Shown piece after piece: positions 43,125-55,525 of a stretch of 64,000 nt of DNA (position 1 is the first letter of the stretch; every line of letters begins with the position of its first letter). Location: contig OX337236.1 in assembly GCA_946965045.2 (NCBI GenBank), positions 2,914,001-2,978,000 on the forward strand, in the 5' to 3' direction. Source of the stretch: Epithemia pelagica (taxonomy: Eukaryota; Protista; Bacillariophyta). The notes under the pieces are model-generated. The model ran no database searches, had not been told where the DNA came from, and was given only the letters and a program-made list of their open reading frames with translations. The position numbers and the translations under genes are program-made.

Positions 43125-46100
43125 TGTGAGAGGTTCCATTTCATTGTGTCGGATGTTTTCCCACTCGAATACTTGCTTTGTCGCAGTTTGCTAAACTACT
43201 CCTAGGTACTCCTACGTAATCTAGAGGAGTCAGACTACCATCTGTAGGTAGTTCCACTCACAGTTTTTGTCCCGATTCCCGGCCGATTGTGAAAGGACCA
43301 AGCAGCGACCTCTTTGGTCGCAGAATTGATTCGGATCCGTTGGGCCCAATCATGCGTTCCACGTCCAACCAAAGATCGGTCATGTTAAAGACTCGTAATC
43401 ATAAAGAGTGACTTTTAGGATCCTCTAGCCTAGAGGTCTATGTCTCGCTAAATCCTCGCTCACAAACGCGACCATTTCTCGGTCCCCTCGCGAATCCATA
43501 GTCCGCTTACTCTAGGGTATTCGTGCTTCATCTCTTATTCTCGTTCAGCTAGCTCCAAAACCTGCTTATAGCTCGTCTTCAATCGAGTGCAGGACGTACC
43601 CGATCCCAGAGAATCCATTCTAGTGGGAAACGCACTTAATAAAGGATCATTGATGCAAGTCTCGTTCGTTCTGTACCTGTCTGAATCTTAGTCAAAAGGT
43701 CAGCAAGGTTAGTCTTAGACGGCTCAAAGGCGATACGGCAACTTCCATTCGCAACATTCTCTCTGACAAAGTGGTAAGCAATAGCATTCGACTTCTTACG
43801 CAACACCGATTCGGGTTTTGAACTGTTGAGGACCACTGACATGTTATCAACACGAATGTGTGCATGTCCCTCAAGTCGTACTCCCATCATCCGCAACTTA
43901 TACCGTAGGCCCTTTATCATCTCGATGCCCACCTTCAATGCCATGAATTCCAAACCAAACGTCGAAGTCTCAACACTGGTTTGCTTCTTGCTATACCAGT
44001 TTACTGGAGCCCGATTCAAAAAGATGAGAACTCCTGTCCTTGAACGACGAGTTGCAAGGTCACCAGCATGATCGGCGTCAACAAACGCGGTCATTTGCAC
44101 AGAACGGCCAAGAGGTTCTGGAGCATCCGGTGGTAAATCTTCCTTGGCATCCGGATAGTGTGCACTCCCATCGGCAGTCGGCTCCTCGCCATGAATGATG
44201 TAAGAGGGGCCAAGTACTAAGCGAGAATGGTCATGCGTATTGATGTATGCAAAAATGTGAAGCATCGCATGGACATGGCCTTCCCTTGGCCCTGCAAGAA
44301 AGGCTGCCAACATTGACACTTCCGCTGTGATGTCTATCCGTCCAAGCTCGACTAGCCATCGAAGCACACCCATTTGCTGCTGGAAGAAATTCATCCAGTC
44401 ACCATCACAATACGGACTAGTATCCAGTTCTGGCCTATACCCTGAAGGTAAGACTCCAGCTGTTCTCGTCTTGAATTTCATGCCGTGCTTTTCCATCCAC
44501 GTGCTCACATTGCGTATGGCTTCGCTTGCATATCTTTTTGAACTCAAGGCCCAACACCTCTTTGCACTATCACCATCGATGTCGAACGTTTCAACTTGGT
44601 TTCCAAGATATAGTTTGGGAGGGCCGATCGAATTTGGTTTCAATAAATAATGTTGATCTAACATTGTCAAGATGTCTCGTCCCCTGTGTGAGAGCACAAG
44701 GACGTCATCGATATAAATGAAAACATACTCGTAGTATTGTGTTCCATCTGGTTTTGTTGCATGGCGTAGGTAGACGTCTGGGTCTGCTCTACACGGAGAC
44801 AACCCCAAGGATTCTTGTAGGGTGGTAGAGAGATGCTCACGCCGTGCAAAGGCGCTTGTCTTTAATCCGTAGAGTGCCTTGGTGATGATTGCGAATCGCC
44901 ATTCAAATTCTTTGCCAAATTCCAGACCACAGCGGGTGCAAATCTTTTCATGACAAGGCGCGTTCAGGTACGCTCCTGCAATATCGGCTGCAATGATGTC
45001 TATGTCATTGAGGGCAGCCAGAAGGAAGCCGATCCTCACACTCTCTCGACTGACGACACTCGCGTAGGTCGGGGTTTCTGGTTCCCCTGTTTTGTGTCCG
45101 CCAGCAACATACCGAGCCTTCCGAGTGAAATCCATCTTCACATCGAAAACAATGTGGCAAGGTATAATCTGGTGGCCAACCGGCTGTGGTGAGCCTTCAT
45201 CCAAAATCTTCATGGCCGGAAAAATCTTCGACATTTCAAGTTGAAGGGCCTTAGCCCAGAAGTCGGTGCCACTTTCCTTATCGATTTCAAGTGCACGTTC
45301 GACAGTCTTTGGTAACTCGATACCATATTTCTGAAACTTCCGCATGTACCGTGTCGAAGTCGCTGCCTTGATCAATCAGTCACGTCTCTTTAAGGTGAAA
45401 TGAACCCACCAATCAAATGCCGGTTCTTTATCTATCTGGTTGGCTATCGCATATTCTGCGACCTCTAAAGGATTTGACTTCTTGAGATCTTTTAGATGCT
45501 CCCAGCTGGAAGAGCCATCTTTCCACTGAACGCACAATGACCATCCACGTGTCGTCCTTTTCTTGTGTTCTCGCCCATTGAGCATGATCGTCCCGTTGGA
45601 TGAGGTGATGGCACTCCCATCTTTCTTGTGATCTATGATCTGATCGATAATGCGGTACCGATTTCCTTCATCATCGAGTTGCTCATAAATATTCTCCGCG
45701 ATCAAATTCGCAGCATATGATTCCACATGCCCGTCCTGGAATTCTACTTCATACATGGAAGTGTCCAGTATCGGGTTGGTTGATGCTCTCCCAATGAGCT
45801 TCCCATCCGCGTCTCTCTTTCTTCTCACGACTTGTCCAGGGCGTAATGAATCGCCTAAAGGCAGCATGACTTTGGCTGAAATCAGCTTATCGTATGAGTC
45901 GGTAGTGTACTCATCCATCTCAGGTTTTGTCACGTCCTCTTGTTCGTCATCTTCATAGGGTTGATAATGTGGGGTTTCTGTTGCATATTCGTCGTCAACG
46001 TCGTCCCCTGGAGCGAGACCCTCCATCCTCTGGCCTAGGACTTGTCTGAGATTGTTGTCGAATTGTTCCTTTTGTGCTATGAAACTGGGATCATGAGACT

Positions 46101-49100
46101 TCTCAACTGACAAGGGCCACACTGATGTTCTGTGGATGACTTTGCCTTTGTCCGTCAATATTTTGGAACTCATGGCTTGTCCTACGCTGATACTTGGACC
46201 GAGCCAGCGCCCCAATTTTCTTCCTTCAAAGCCTGGGTTCGAATACCAGACCGGGTCATACCACTGATGCTCTATCAAGTGGGAGATATCAGGGGTGTCC
46301 CCTGTTAGAGTCTTCATTGGAGGCCCGTCCAGATGTGGACTAGAAGATAAGACGGTATGTGAACGTCGTCTTGCCACCAATTCCAAACAATGGTCCCACA
46401 GGACTGCCGGAGAATTCGCTCGCCTCATCTCTCTTCGGTACATTCTTTTAAGTTCCCGGATGTTAGCCTCAGCTAAATTTTGGTTGGGCGTCCACGCCTC
46501 TATCGGATGGATTTTGCACCCGTATTTGTATGCCGTCTTCCGAAAATTGCCTGTTGTGAGTTCTGGCGCATTGTCTGGGATCACGCTGTTAAAGATGCCA
46601 AATTCATCGAAGACACGCTCCAATGTCGTATACGCCTCTTTCTTCTTCTGCATAGCGTAAAATTGGACCCAGCCAAAATCCGTGGCATATACTTGGCCAC
46701 AAGTATTCTGTCCCAAAGACTTGACATCCGAGAAGAGAGTGTCAGTGTAGACATCTGCTCTTAGTCTGCGGTGCTTGAGTTGGTAAGCGGTGTGTTTGAG
46801 CCGCTTGCTCCCGATAGATTCCGAGAAATCTCGAACTCCCAACTGAGTAGTTTGTTGGTACGTTTTCTCGGCCATGGGAATCCCAATTCCCCATCGTTTT
46901 GAAAGCGTGATGGGATCAACAGTCCCCTTTCGCCCATGCCGCATGTCGGCAATGACTCTTGAGTTGACCCGGACTGTGGCTGCCATTCTCTTATGCAACT
47001 CTCTTGGTCCTTTCTTTCTTATCTGGTCGGACTCAACATAGGTTCTGAGTTTCCTTTCATTGACGTCTTCCGTCAAGTCATTCGGATTCCACTCAGGATC
47101 AGAGTTGGTCATGTCGATCCGGTTTGAGGGATCAATTTCTTTGATCTCATCCCAGCTTGGCTTACGAACCGTGAAGCCACTTATTACTCCTGTCAACTGA
47201 AAAGGGATCTTCATTTTCCCGTTTCCATCATTCAGTGGTGCGATTAGGGAATGTGACGTTCCTGTCCTGTTTTCTTCCTTGATGTATTTCAAGGGAACGT
47301 CATTTATTTCTATCCCTGCCTCCCGCATTTGATTCGGGTTTAGAAGGCACTTCTGCATCATTGGCAGATGCAAAGCTTGATGAAAGTAAAGCAAGTATGT
47401 TTCTCCTGATTCCGGGTCATCATATGCCACGACACCGGTCACAATTGGAGTCTCCTTGATACTTCCCAACGTATTTGTGAAACCACTAACTTTAGCATTG
47501 CCCGTTTCATGGAGTACAAGGCAAATGCTTCCGAGACAGCATGTATCTGCGTGGCTGTCAAGCTCGCATTGAGCTGTAGTGGCCACAATGTCGCTCGAGA
47601 CTCCTTGGATGGAGTGTCAGATTCGTTCTTTGCCTCTATTTTTGCGTTGACTCATGATGGCTCCAATTCCGGCATCTCTTGCTTCATTCTGGTCATCTTC
47701 ACTAGATGAGTGACTTTCATCAGTCGTCGAGGTCGACGAACCATCGTTATTCTTCTTCTTCTTGCTCCCTGACGAGACTGCTGATGCAGTACGCTTCTTT
47801 GTGCTGCTATTCTTGGCATCACGAGTTTCCCGGACAAGCTGTTGCTGTTCCTTGGACAGTTTAATCCATTCTTTATAAGGGAAGTACCGATTCGGGTTGA
47901 AGGATTTGTTACCATTCTTTCCATTCCCATTCCCGTTGTTCTTATTTCCTTTATTGTTCACGTGCACGGCTGAGATACGTGCTTTCCTGGTAGTGGCGCT
48001 ATAGGAGACCTTGTTGTCAAGGACCTCGGCCATATAACTTGATGCCAATTCAAAAGATGTACGTAGATTTGGCGTTGCCAGAATTTGATTCTTGGCACTC
48101 TCCAAACGAGGGTCGTGAATTCCTGTAAGAAGCACTCGAATCTTCCTTTCAGTACTGACCAATTCTCCAGTTGATTCTAAATCAGTGAAGGCTCGCTGGA
48201 GCTGTTCGGTGTACCTTTCGTAGGTAAAGTTACGTCTGGTTCCGTCGTAATAACTTGTTTCAAGGGTCTGGTCCGCTTTAGCACACAACCTTGTTTGGTA
48301 TGCGTCACCCAAATAGTGGCTTTTCAATGCTAAATATGCAGCACATCCACTTCTTGCTCGACTGTAGGATTGCACCCATCCCCATCCAGGTCCTCCATGC
48401 GTAATATGGCGGACAACATCCCATACGGCTTCATTATCTGTGAGGGCTGTCGGCCCGGAATGGGGAGCACGACGGATTTATTCATGGAGGTGAGAAGGCG
48501 TCGCATAACCTGGGTCAAGGTCGTCAGTTGGAATGGTTTGAATCATTCTGGTATAAGCAGCAAGAGGAATGCCTGTCACGCCTCTCTTCCTTTCCAAGTA
48601 GTCATCTAGATTTTCAAGGACACTTCGAATGTTCTCGACAGCTGTGAGGCGCTCAGGAAGTTCAATGTCGTTGTCATATTCCTCCTCACTTTCTTTGAAT
48701 CGATAGAGGGCTTGGAGATTCTCCAGACTAGCAGAGTTGGCTGCTGGGTCAAAGGTACGTGAGATCTTGGTGAGATGCTGGATGTAATATTGCAGCATTT
48801 TAAGACGCTTCTCAATGACATGTCCAACGAGAACTCCAGGGTTTTGAATCGTCGTTGGGATGCCTGCAACTGGGTTAGCCGCATTGTAAGCAGGGTTTGG
48901 GATCGTACCCCCTGGCTTACGGGCATTGGTACAAATTTCGGCGATATCATTTTCCGACAGGCGTTGGAAATTGCTGATGGAAGTTAGTCCTTGTCCATTC
49001 AAAGCATCCCGGACGCTCTGGTTGTTGATAAGGAGAGTGTTCTGCAAGTAATCGTTGAGGATTTCAAGCGGAGTCGGAGGAGCTGGAGGTGCGGCGTCCA

Positions 49101-49667
49101 TGGTTAGCTTTCAATTTGCAATACTTGTTGGTATTCTTTCAGACTTTCACGTATTCGGAAGAGTGAACGATCCTCATCTTTTGGGATTGTCATGTGAGCG
49201 ATTGAAAGGTAGAAAGCATGCACAGCTGCATTATTGTCCCGCGTCACATAAGTGATATTTGTTATCGCTGGGTCGCATGGCAGGCTTCTCTTTTCAACGG
49301 CAAAGATTGGCGCGTCCGCCATTGCCCAGGAGTGTGCGCATCGCAGACCACACTCCTTCACTAGTCCGGTCTGGCTCCGTTGCAAGTCAGATATTCTACG
49401 AGACTAGTGGAACAACCTCAAGGTTGACCATATGGGCGGATCATAGGGACATACTTAGTCCGATCCAGATATTTTTACTACCTTCCCAGGCCATTGTGCA
49501 AGCTTAGCTTTCTCATCCTTTCGTCATGGCTCAGAGTCTTGGGTCTGATAAACCAAAGATCGGTCATGTTAAAGACTCGTAATCATAAAGAGTGACTATT
49601 AGGATCCTCTAGCCTAGAGGTCTATGTCTCGCTAAATCCTCGCTCACAAACGCGACCATTTCTCGCA
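43125..49667 (-). mobile_element. Near-complete Ty1/Copia (CoDi-like) element, decayed, with discordant ends
   Basis: Gag 48478-49101 and 47617-48375; PR CELDSHADT; IN; RT KARYVAGGH, DIAGAYL, YIDD; RNase H. Only 115 bp are shared between the ends (43367-43481 and 49551-49665) and no TSD was found. The left boundary is approximate. Confidence 0.9.
43636..47586 (-). pseudogene. Copia pol split by an in-frame TGA at 45376
   Basis: ...TLKRRD*LIKAA... continues in the same frame, and all pol domains are present. Confidence 0.9.
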
Positions 49668-51294
49668 ACTTTTGTTGGTACACTGAAAAGGATGCGTTGG
49701 AGCCCCCAATAATAGACGCGCCGGGTGGTGATTCGATTCAAACACTCGCAATCGCAACCGCAACGTTGGACGACAAGAGACAAAACGACGAGTGTGTAGC
49801 ACAGTTGTGAGAAAAGAACATACCATGCCACGGGTGCAGTTATGGTGTCTCTTCTCCATCTCGCTCGCTGCTCTGTCCAAGTCACACGCCCGCTTGTCAA
49901 GTCCCCCCAACACAAAAAAGAACAACAACAAGACATTCGATGAAACTTGCCGGAAGAAGGGAACGAGAACCACAACTCTCTCTCGCAAACGACACGCACA
50001 CATTTTTGGGTGTCTGCGTGTGGACTCCAAACGGTTTTATTTGGTTGTGGAGAGGTTCGAGTGTGGAACCAAAAGCGTCGGTAGGATTGATACACCATGA
50101 GCTCAATGACTCAAGCTCCACAAGAACAAGAAACAACAAAGGAAGGAATCCTCATTGATTTGGAACAACAAGAACGCATGGAGGAGGACCAGCCGATCCA
50201 CATGGTTCCTGCACAACTAGAACAACCAGAAGGGATCCTGATTGAGTTACACCAAGAAACCATTCTGGAGAAGGAGAGAAAGGAGATCCGCAATGACCCG
50301 AACGACAGGGACGGCGACCAGAAGAAGAAGAAACGCCATTGGAAGTTGAAAGACCGATGCGAGTACGGTGAGCACCACCACGACCAGTCAAACCACGACT
50401 CGGTCTCCTCCTCCTGGAAGTAGTACTACTAGCATCATCAGTGCCTCCTCGCTGTCACACCACCATGCCGCAGCCGCAGTCGGCGACTACCATTGGTCCT
50501 CGAGGGATGTAGGATCCCTGCACGTGCCTATTTTCTATAGCCCATTTTGTACTGTACTCGGTTTTTAATTTTAGTGTACGTATGTATTTTAGCGGTCGTG
50601 GGAAATTCCGAGCGTAAAACCCAGGGTCACAAAATGGATCGAAACGCAACCGAAACAACGAGAGAACCGTAGTGAAAGAACCAAGGAACAGAGGCAGCAA
50701 GAAACATGACAATCAAACAAGCGAGGCAATAAGCACAACAGCGAGGAAAAGCAAACATCAATCACCAAAAAGGGCGGCCAAGGCAATAGAAGCAACAAAC
50801 ATCAAGAAGCAGCATGACAGAACAGCAGAGCGAAAAACAAAGGTAAAGCGACAGCAGAAGCATCAAGAGAGACAAGCAAAGCATCAAACAAAGAATCCAA
50901 AAGCGATGCAACAATCAACCAAGACAAATAGCAAAGCAGCAATCAACCAAAGGCAAAAACCAGCGCAATAAGCCAAGAAAGGCAAGAACCAACAATAGAA
51001 ACAGAGACGACGAAAATGAAACAAACAACAATCAACCAAATACAGAAACACAGAAGCATAACCAACAACAAAACAGAATGAATCAAAGAGCAGACCGAGA
51101 GAAAAGAGAATCAAGACAAAGGTTAGAGATGCATTGGTAATGGGAATGGTTGCAACAATCAAAAAGAGCGAAGAAAACACTTACATATTGAAGCGATCTA
51201 CACGAAGAGCTCAAGCAACAATCTGCAATGAAAAGGAAGTAGTGAGAACAAAGAAAAGACGAGACAACAATCAAACACAGAAAACTTACCTAGT

Positions 51295-51579
51295 TCAGTA
51301 GTATCGTCCACCATGGTGGTGTTGGTTGTAGTAATCGCCACCATGGTGGCGATTATCACCGCGAGGATAGTATGCCTCGGAGCGGTGGTGATGGTAGGAC
51401 GAACTGTACGTGGGAGGAGGCGGTGATTGGTGAAAGTGCTCCACTCTGCGGCGGTACACCGCCTCACCAATGAGACGAGAAGAGGGAGGAGGTGGTGGCG
51501 GAGGCGTGTACGGGCGAGGAGGTGGCGGTGGAGGAGATCGTCCACGCGGAGGATAGTAGTTGTTGTTGTTGTTGTGTGT

Positions 51580-51610
<31 letters not shown>

Positions 51611-54600
51611 GGGGACGTGGACTCCAATTGACCATGGCCCCATTTCCATTGTAATGAGAGGGCGAAGGTGGAGGGGGAGACCGCTGCCAGGAGCATGCGA
51701 CGGACGGCTGTTGTTGTTGTGTTGGTTGGGGTAGCATTGGTGGCCACTCTCCCACGATCCATGGTTGTTGTTGTTGTGGTGATGGGAGGGTTCGTCGTAG
51801 TATGACGGTCGGTTGTTGTTGTTGTTATTGTTGTTGTGGTGGTACTGGCTATTGTCGTAGGGAGGTCGGCCGTTGTTGTTGTTGTTGTTGTTGTTCTTCT
51901 CGTAGGGTGGTCGTCCGTGGTTGTTGTTGTTATTGTTGTGGTTTTGCCACTCGTAGGGAGGTCGGCCGTTGCTATTGTTGTTGTTGTTGTTTTGGCGCTC
52001 GTAGGCAGGTCGGCCGTTGTTGTTGTTGTTGTTGTTGTTCTCGTAGGGTGGTCGTCCGTGGTTGCCGTTGTTGTTGTTCTCGTAGGGTGGTCGGTCATTC
52101 TCAATCCAGTTGTCTTGGTACCAGCACCAGCAGCGTCAGACGATTGATTTGGAGCTAAAAAAAAAGAAGAAGAGTGAGAGACTGGTTACCAACAAAACAA
52201 CAATCAAACAACAAACTTACGTGATTTCTCCTTCGGCTGCTCGTCTTCGTCGTCCGACGGAATGTACCAGCACGCAGTCGACGCAGTCAGATTTGACTTG
52301 TTCGACATTTCTTGGTACTTGTAGTTGGTGATTGAATTTTTGTGGCGGCCAAAATCGTCTGCCAAAGCTTGTGGCACGCCGCTATTCGCAACTTTCGAGA
52401 TACCAGTTCGACGGGCCGTTCGGCCCGCAAAGTTTCCATCCTCGGGGAACTTACAACGAGCGGCCAATTCTTTTGTGTTTGAATTGGCAAAGTTGGATCC
52501 AAGTTTGCCGCCAGGACGCATGCCCGTGACCGGGTCAAACTTCTCTTGGGCACGGTCCTTCACCAAATCCGTCCAGCCGAGATGTTTCGATCCAGATTTT
52601 CGGGCCGCGATCACTTTGTTCGGCGCCTGGTATAAGAAAACCAATCCTTTCCAACCCGGCGGGTGCGCTACTTTAATGTAGTGCATAAACAACTTGTAGG
52701 TACTCCATGGGTCTTTTTCGTTCTCTATAATCATGTTGGAACGAGAATCGTGGGTTCGGTGAAATGTCGGCTTCGCCAACGTCAACTTGACGTTCTTGTG
52801 GTGGCCAGAATCAAGAGGAATGATCGCTGGCTTTCCCGCGTGTTCTCCATACGACTTGTCTAGTCTAGCTACGAAACGAAAGTCGGTCATCTTTGCTAAA
52901 TGTATCTGAATAGAAGTAGAAAAAACATCAGCAGAGGTGAGAAAACAAGTCTGAAAACCCAACAATCAACCGTTTCGGTACGTACCTCTAAACATCGAAA
53001 GCTAATATCGCGGCTCAGGTAGTAAAAGAGTAGTATGAGCAAATCGCAAAAGATCTCGAATGGTTTAAGAGCAGGATCAGCAAGCTTGCGAATATGGTAC
53101 TCGTCGTCCATAATCGCAGTTGCACGTTTCGGCAGCCGTCCGAATTCGGGGCGTGTTTTCGCCGTCTTCGACCATATCTTTTCTAAGTAGGCATGGTACG
53201 AACCTCTGCCCTTGAGGTCCGTTTGTCCGATGCAAATGCCGTTCGCGTGGAAGGTCGAGAACAGGTGGTTCAAGATCTTTGCCGTCGTGTTGGGCTGGTA
53301 GTGAAATTTGGGGTCGTGTGGATGATCACGCCCCTTCACATACCCTTCCATTCGTAGGTTCATACAGAAGATGGCTAGCAACGAGTTGAGTAGCCCCAAC
53401 TTTCTGTCCGTCTTGGCCCCGCGTAAAGCGACAAACAACTTGGGGACTTTCAGTCCGTCATCACGCTCGGGGTCAACAATCGGCTTCGCGAGTCCGCGGT
53501 ATTGCCGATGGCGGCGAATGATATCTAGGAATCGTTGAACGGAGTCTTGTTTTGCCTTGTTGTAGGACTCCGAAACGCCGGCAAGCAGTCGAACGTCGAA
53601 ATCACCCACCTCGTCTGCAAACACCTCGTCACTCACTTCTGCGAACGCGCCGTACCACCCGAGCCGGTTCTCATCGTGAGCTTCGTCGAGAGGGAGTGTT
53701 CGATACTCCGCAATCGAGATCTCGCCTTGCTCGTTTTCTTCGAGGTGTCGTCGTTCCACCATTGCGCGAGCAATCGTCTTCGTATCTAGTGGAGACGGAG
53801 GAGGCGGAGGGGCACGTCGAGCAAGAACACCACGTGCACGGGCATTCCGACGGCTGCGAACGGAAACAGAAGGGGCAAAATCTTCGTCCGCGTCGAGATC
53901 TTCCACTTCATCGAACACAGTATCTTCGTCATCCGAATCATCGTCAAGCGGATTCGTTTGATTGTTTCTGCAGAGAGACGGGGTGTGAGAGAAGGAAGAG
54001 TCAACAATCAACAAGAAGGTCGAGGGAAACAAACACTTGCCTGTTGGGTCTTCGTCGTTGTGGAATGAGGGGAGGAAGATCGTCGTCTTCGTCGTCGTCG
54101 TCGTCGTCGTCGTTCGGAGGGTTGGTGCTGTCGAGAGAAGAGACGGTGAGAGTGGAAGCAACAATCAAAAGGTAAAGGAAACACAGCAAACTTACCTCTC
54201 TGGTGGGCGACGAGAACGAGGAGGATCGTTCTCCTTGTTGGATTCCGAAGGACGAGGACGAGGAGGAGCCTTCTTCCTATTCTGCTTCTGCTTCTTCTTG
54301 TTGGTGGTCGTTCGGCGGGCGACCTTGCGAGCGGGAGACGATGAAGTGTTATTCGGCGCTTTGTTGCTTGCAGCTGCAGCTTGCCGTTTCGAGCGGCGGG
54401 TGGTGGGAGGAGGAGTCGCCATGGTCAAGAACTTCCTGTCGTCGAAATGGCAAGTGGAAGAAAAGTGAGAGGAGAGAGGGCGAGGACGATTTGAATGAGC
54501 ATTGAAAGGGCAGGCGCGCAGGAAGAAAAAGGAAGAAAAGGAAGAAAGGAAGACTTTTGACCATGGCGACGACGAAAAGGACGAAACAACAATCAACTTA

Positions 54601-54879
54601 CATTCTGTCGCGCCGCTCAAGGTACCAAGGATCGGAATGCAGGCTATGGAGATCGGTCTCTCCTGTGCATTCGTCGATCCTTGGTACGAAGGTGCCATCC
54701 CATTCGTCGACCGTTGGGTCATACGCTTCGAAGATCAAGGAGATGCCATCCGACGACGAATCGGAAGGCAACGACAACGACAACGACAACGAGGACGACG
54801 CAAGCGAGATCGGAGAAGCGGCAGTGCCGCGATGGGATGCGGAGCGGGGCATGGGGCTGACCACGGGACGATTCGTCAT
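51295..54879 (-). CDS. Crypton-like tyrosine recombinase gene, six exons, ~1043 aa
   Basis: Exons 54879-54602, 54435-54196, 54127-54041, 53967-52986, 52905-52221 and 52154-51295 splice in phase (3132 nt). Four introns are GT-AG and one is GC-AG. Motifs: LRMEG...YQPNT (Crypton/DUF3504-like), FRCLE (R), GRTARRTG, GRHKN...Y. No RT is nearby. Confidence 0.75.
51790..52100 (-). repeat. Coding minisatellite: ~7 units of GG(A/C)CGACC(A/T)(C/G)CCTACGA plus (AAC)n
   Basis: Repeated units are directly visible. Confidence 0.85.
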
Positions 54880-55062
54880 GGTGGCAACTCAACAATCAAA
54901 TGGATGAGGAAATGACGACGACGACAACAACAACAACAACGCCTACAACGATGCCTCTCACATTTTCAAAGACAGCCCTATGTAGCACCTAAGTATTTCG
55001 TTTGCCCCTAAATAGTGAGACGCTATGTGATCTTCTGTTCCTAAATAGTGAGATCCTAAGTG

Positions 55063-55192
55063 TTGTAAGTAATTTCCCCCAATAAGTGACTACATAGACT
55101 AAGTAGAGCAACGACTTTGAAAAATCATTGTAAGTAATTTCCCCCAATAAGTGACTACATAGACTAAGTAGAGCAACGACCTTGAAAAATCA
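55063..55192. repeat. 65-bp tandem duplication
   Basis: TTGTAAGTAATTTCCCCCAATAAGTGACTACATAGACTAAGTAGAGCAACGAC(T/C)TTGAAAAATCA x2. Confidence 0.95.
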
Positions 55193-55525
55193 ACGGAGGA
55201 AAAGCCTAACAAATTTTAATTCTGTGTGACACATACATCCCCCCTCGGACGCAACGGAAGCGCACGACATCTGCTCCTTGTCGTGATTCTCGTCGGGGGC
55301 ACTTCTCGGGGGCCTAACTCCTCGGCGGGCAATAGGTCCTCGTCGTGTACTGCCCCAAATCCGCTTATAGCGGATTTTTTGGGCAGTACACTCCTCGGAC
55401 CTATTGCCCTTCTCGGAGTTAGGCGCCCCTCGTCGTGCCCCACTCCTCGGATCACTCCGCGGAGCAGATGTAGAACTACGACACGAGTACCATTGTCACC
55501 AGCACCCACCAGTCGACCGTGACCA

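Noticed and set aside
50097-50423. Short acidic ORF (MTQAPQEQ...)
   Set aside because: It could be a truncated 5' gene fragment, but nothing supports a product call.
51427-52158. Plus-strand poly-V and poly-C ORFs
   Set aside because: They are antisense readings of the (AAC)n coding repeats.
55063-55192. CRISPR-like or RNA-gene interpretation of the 65-bp repeats
   Set aside because: There are two abutting copies with no spacers, no cas genes and a eukaryotic context.
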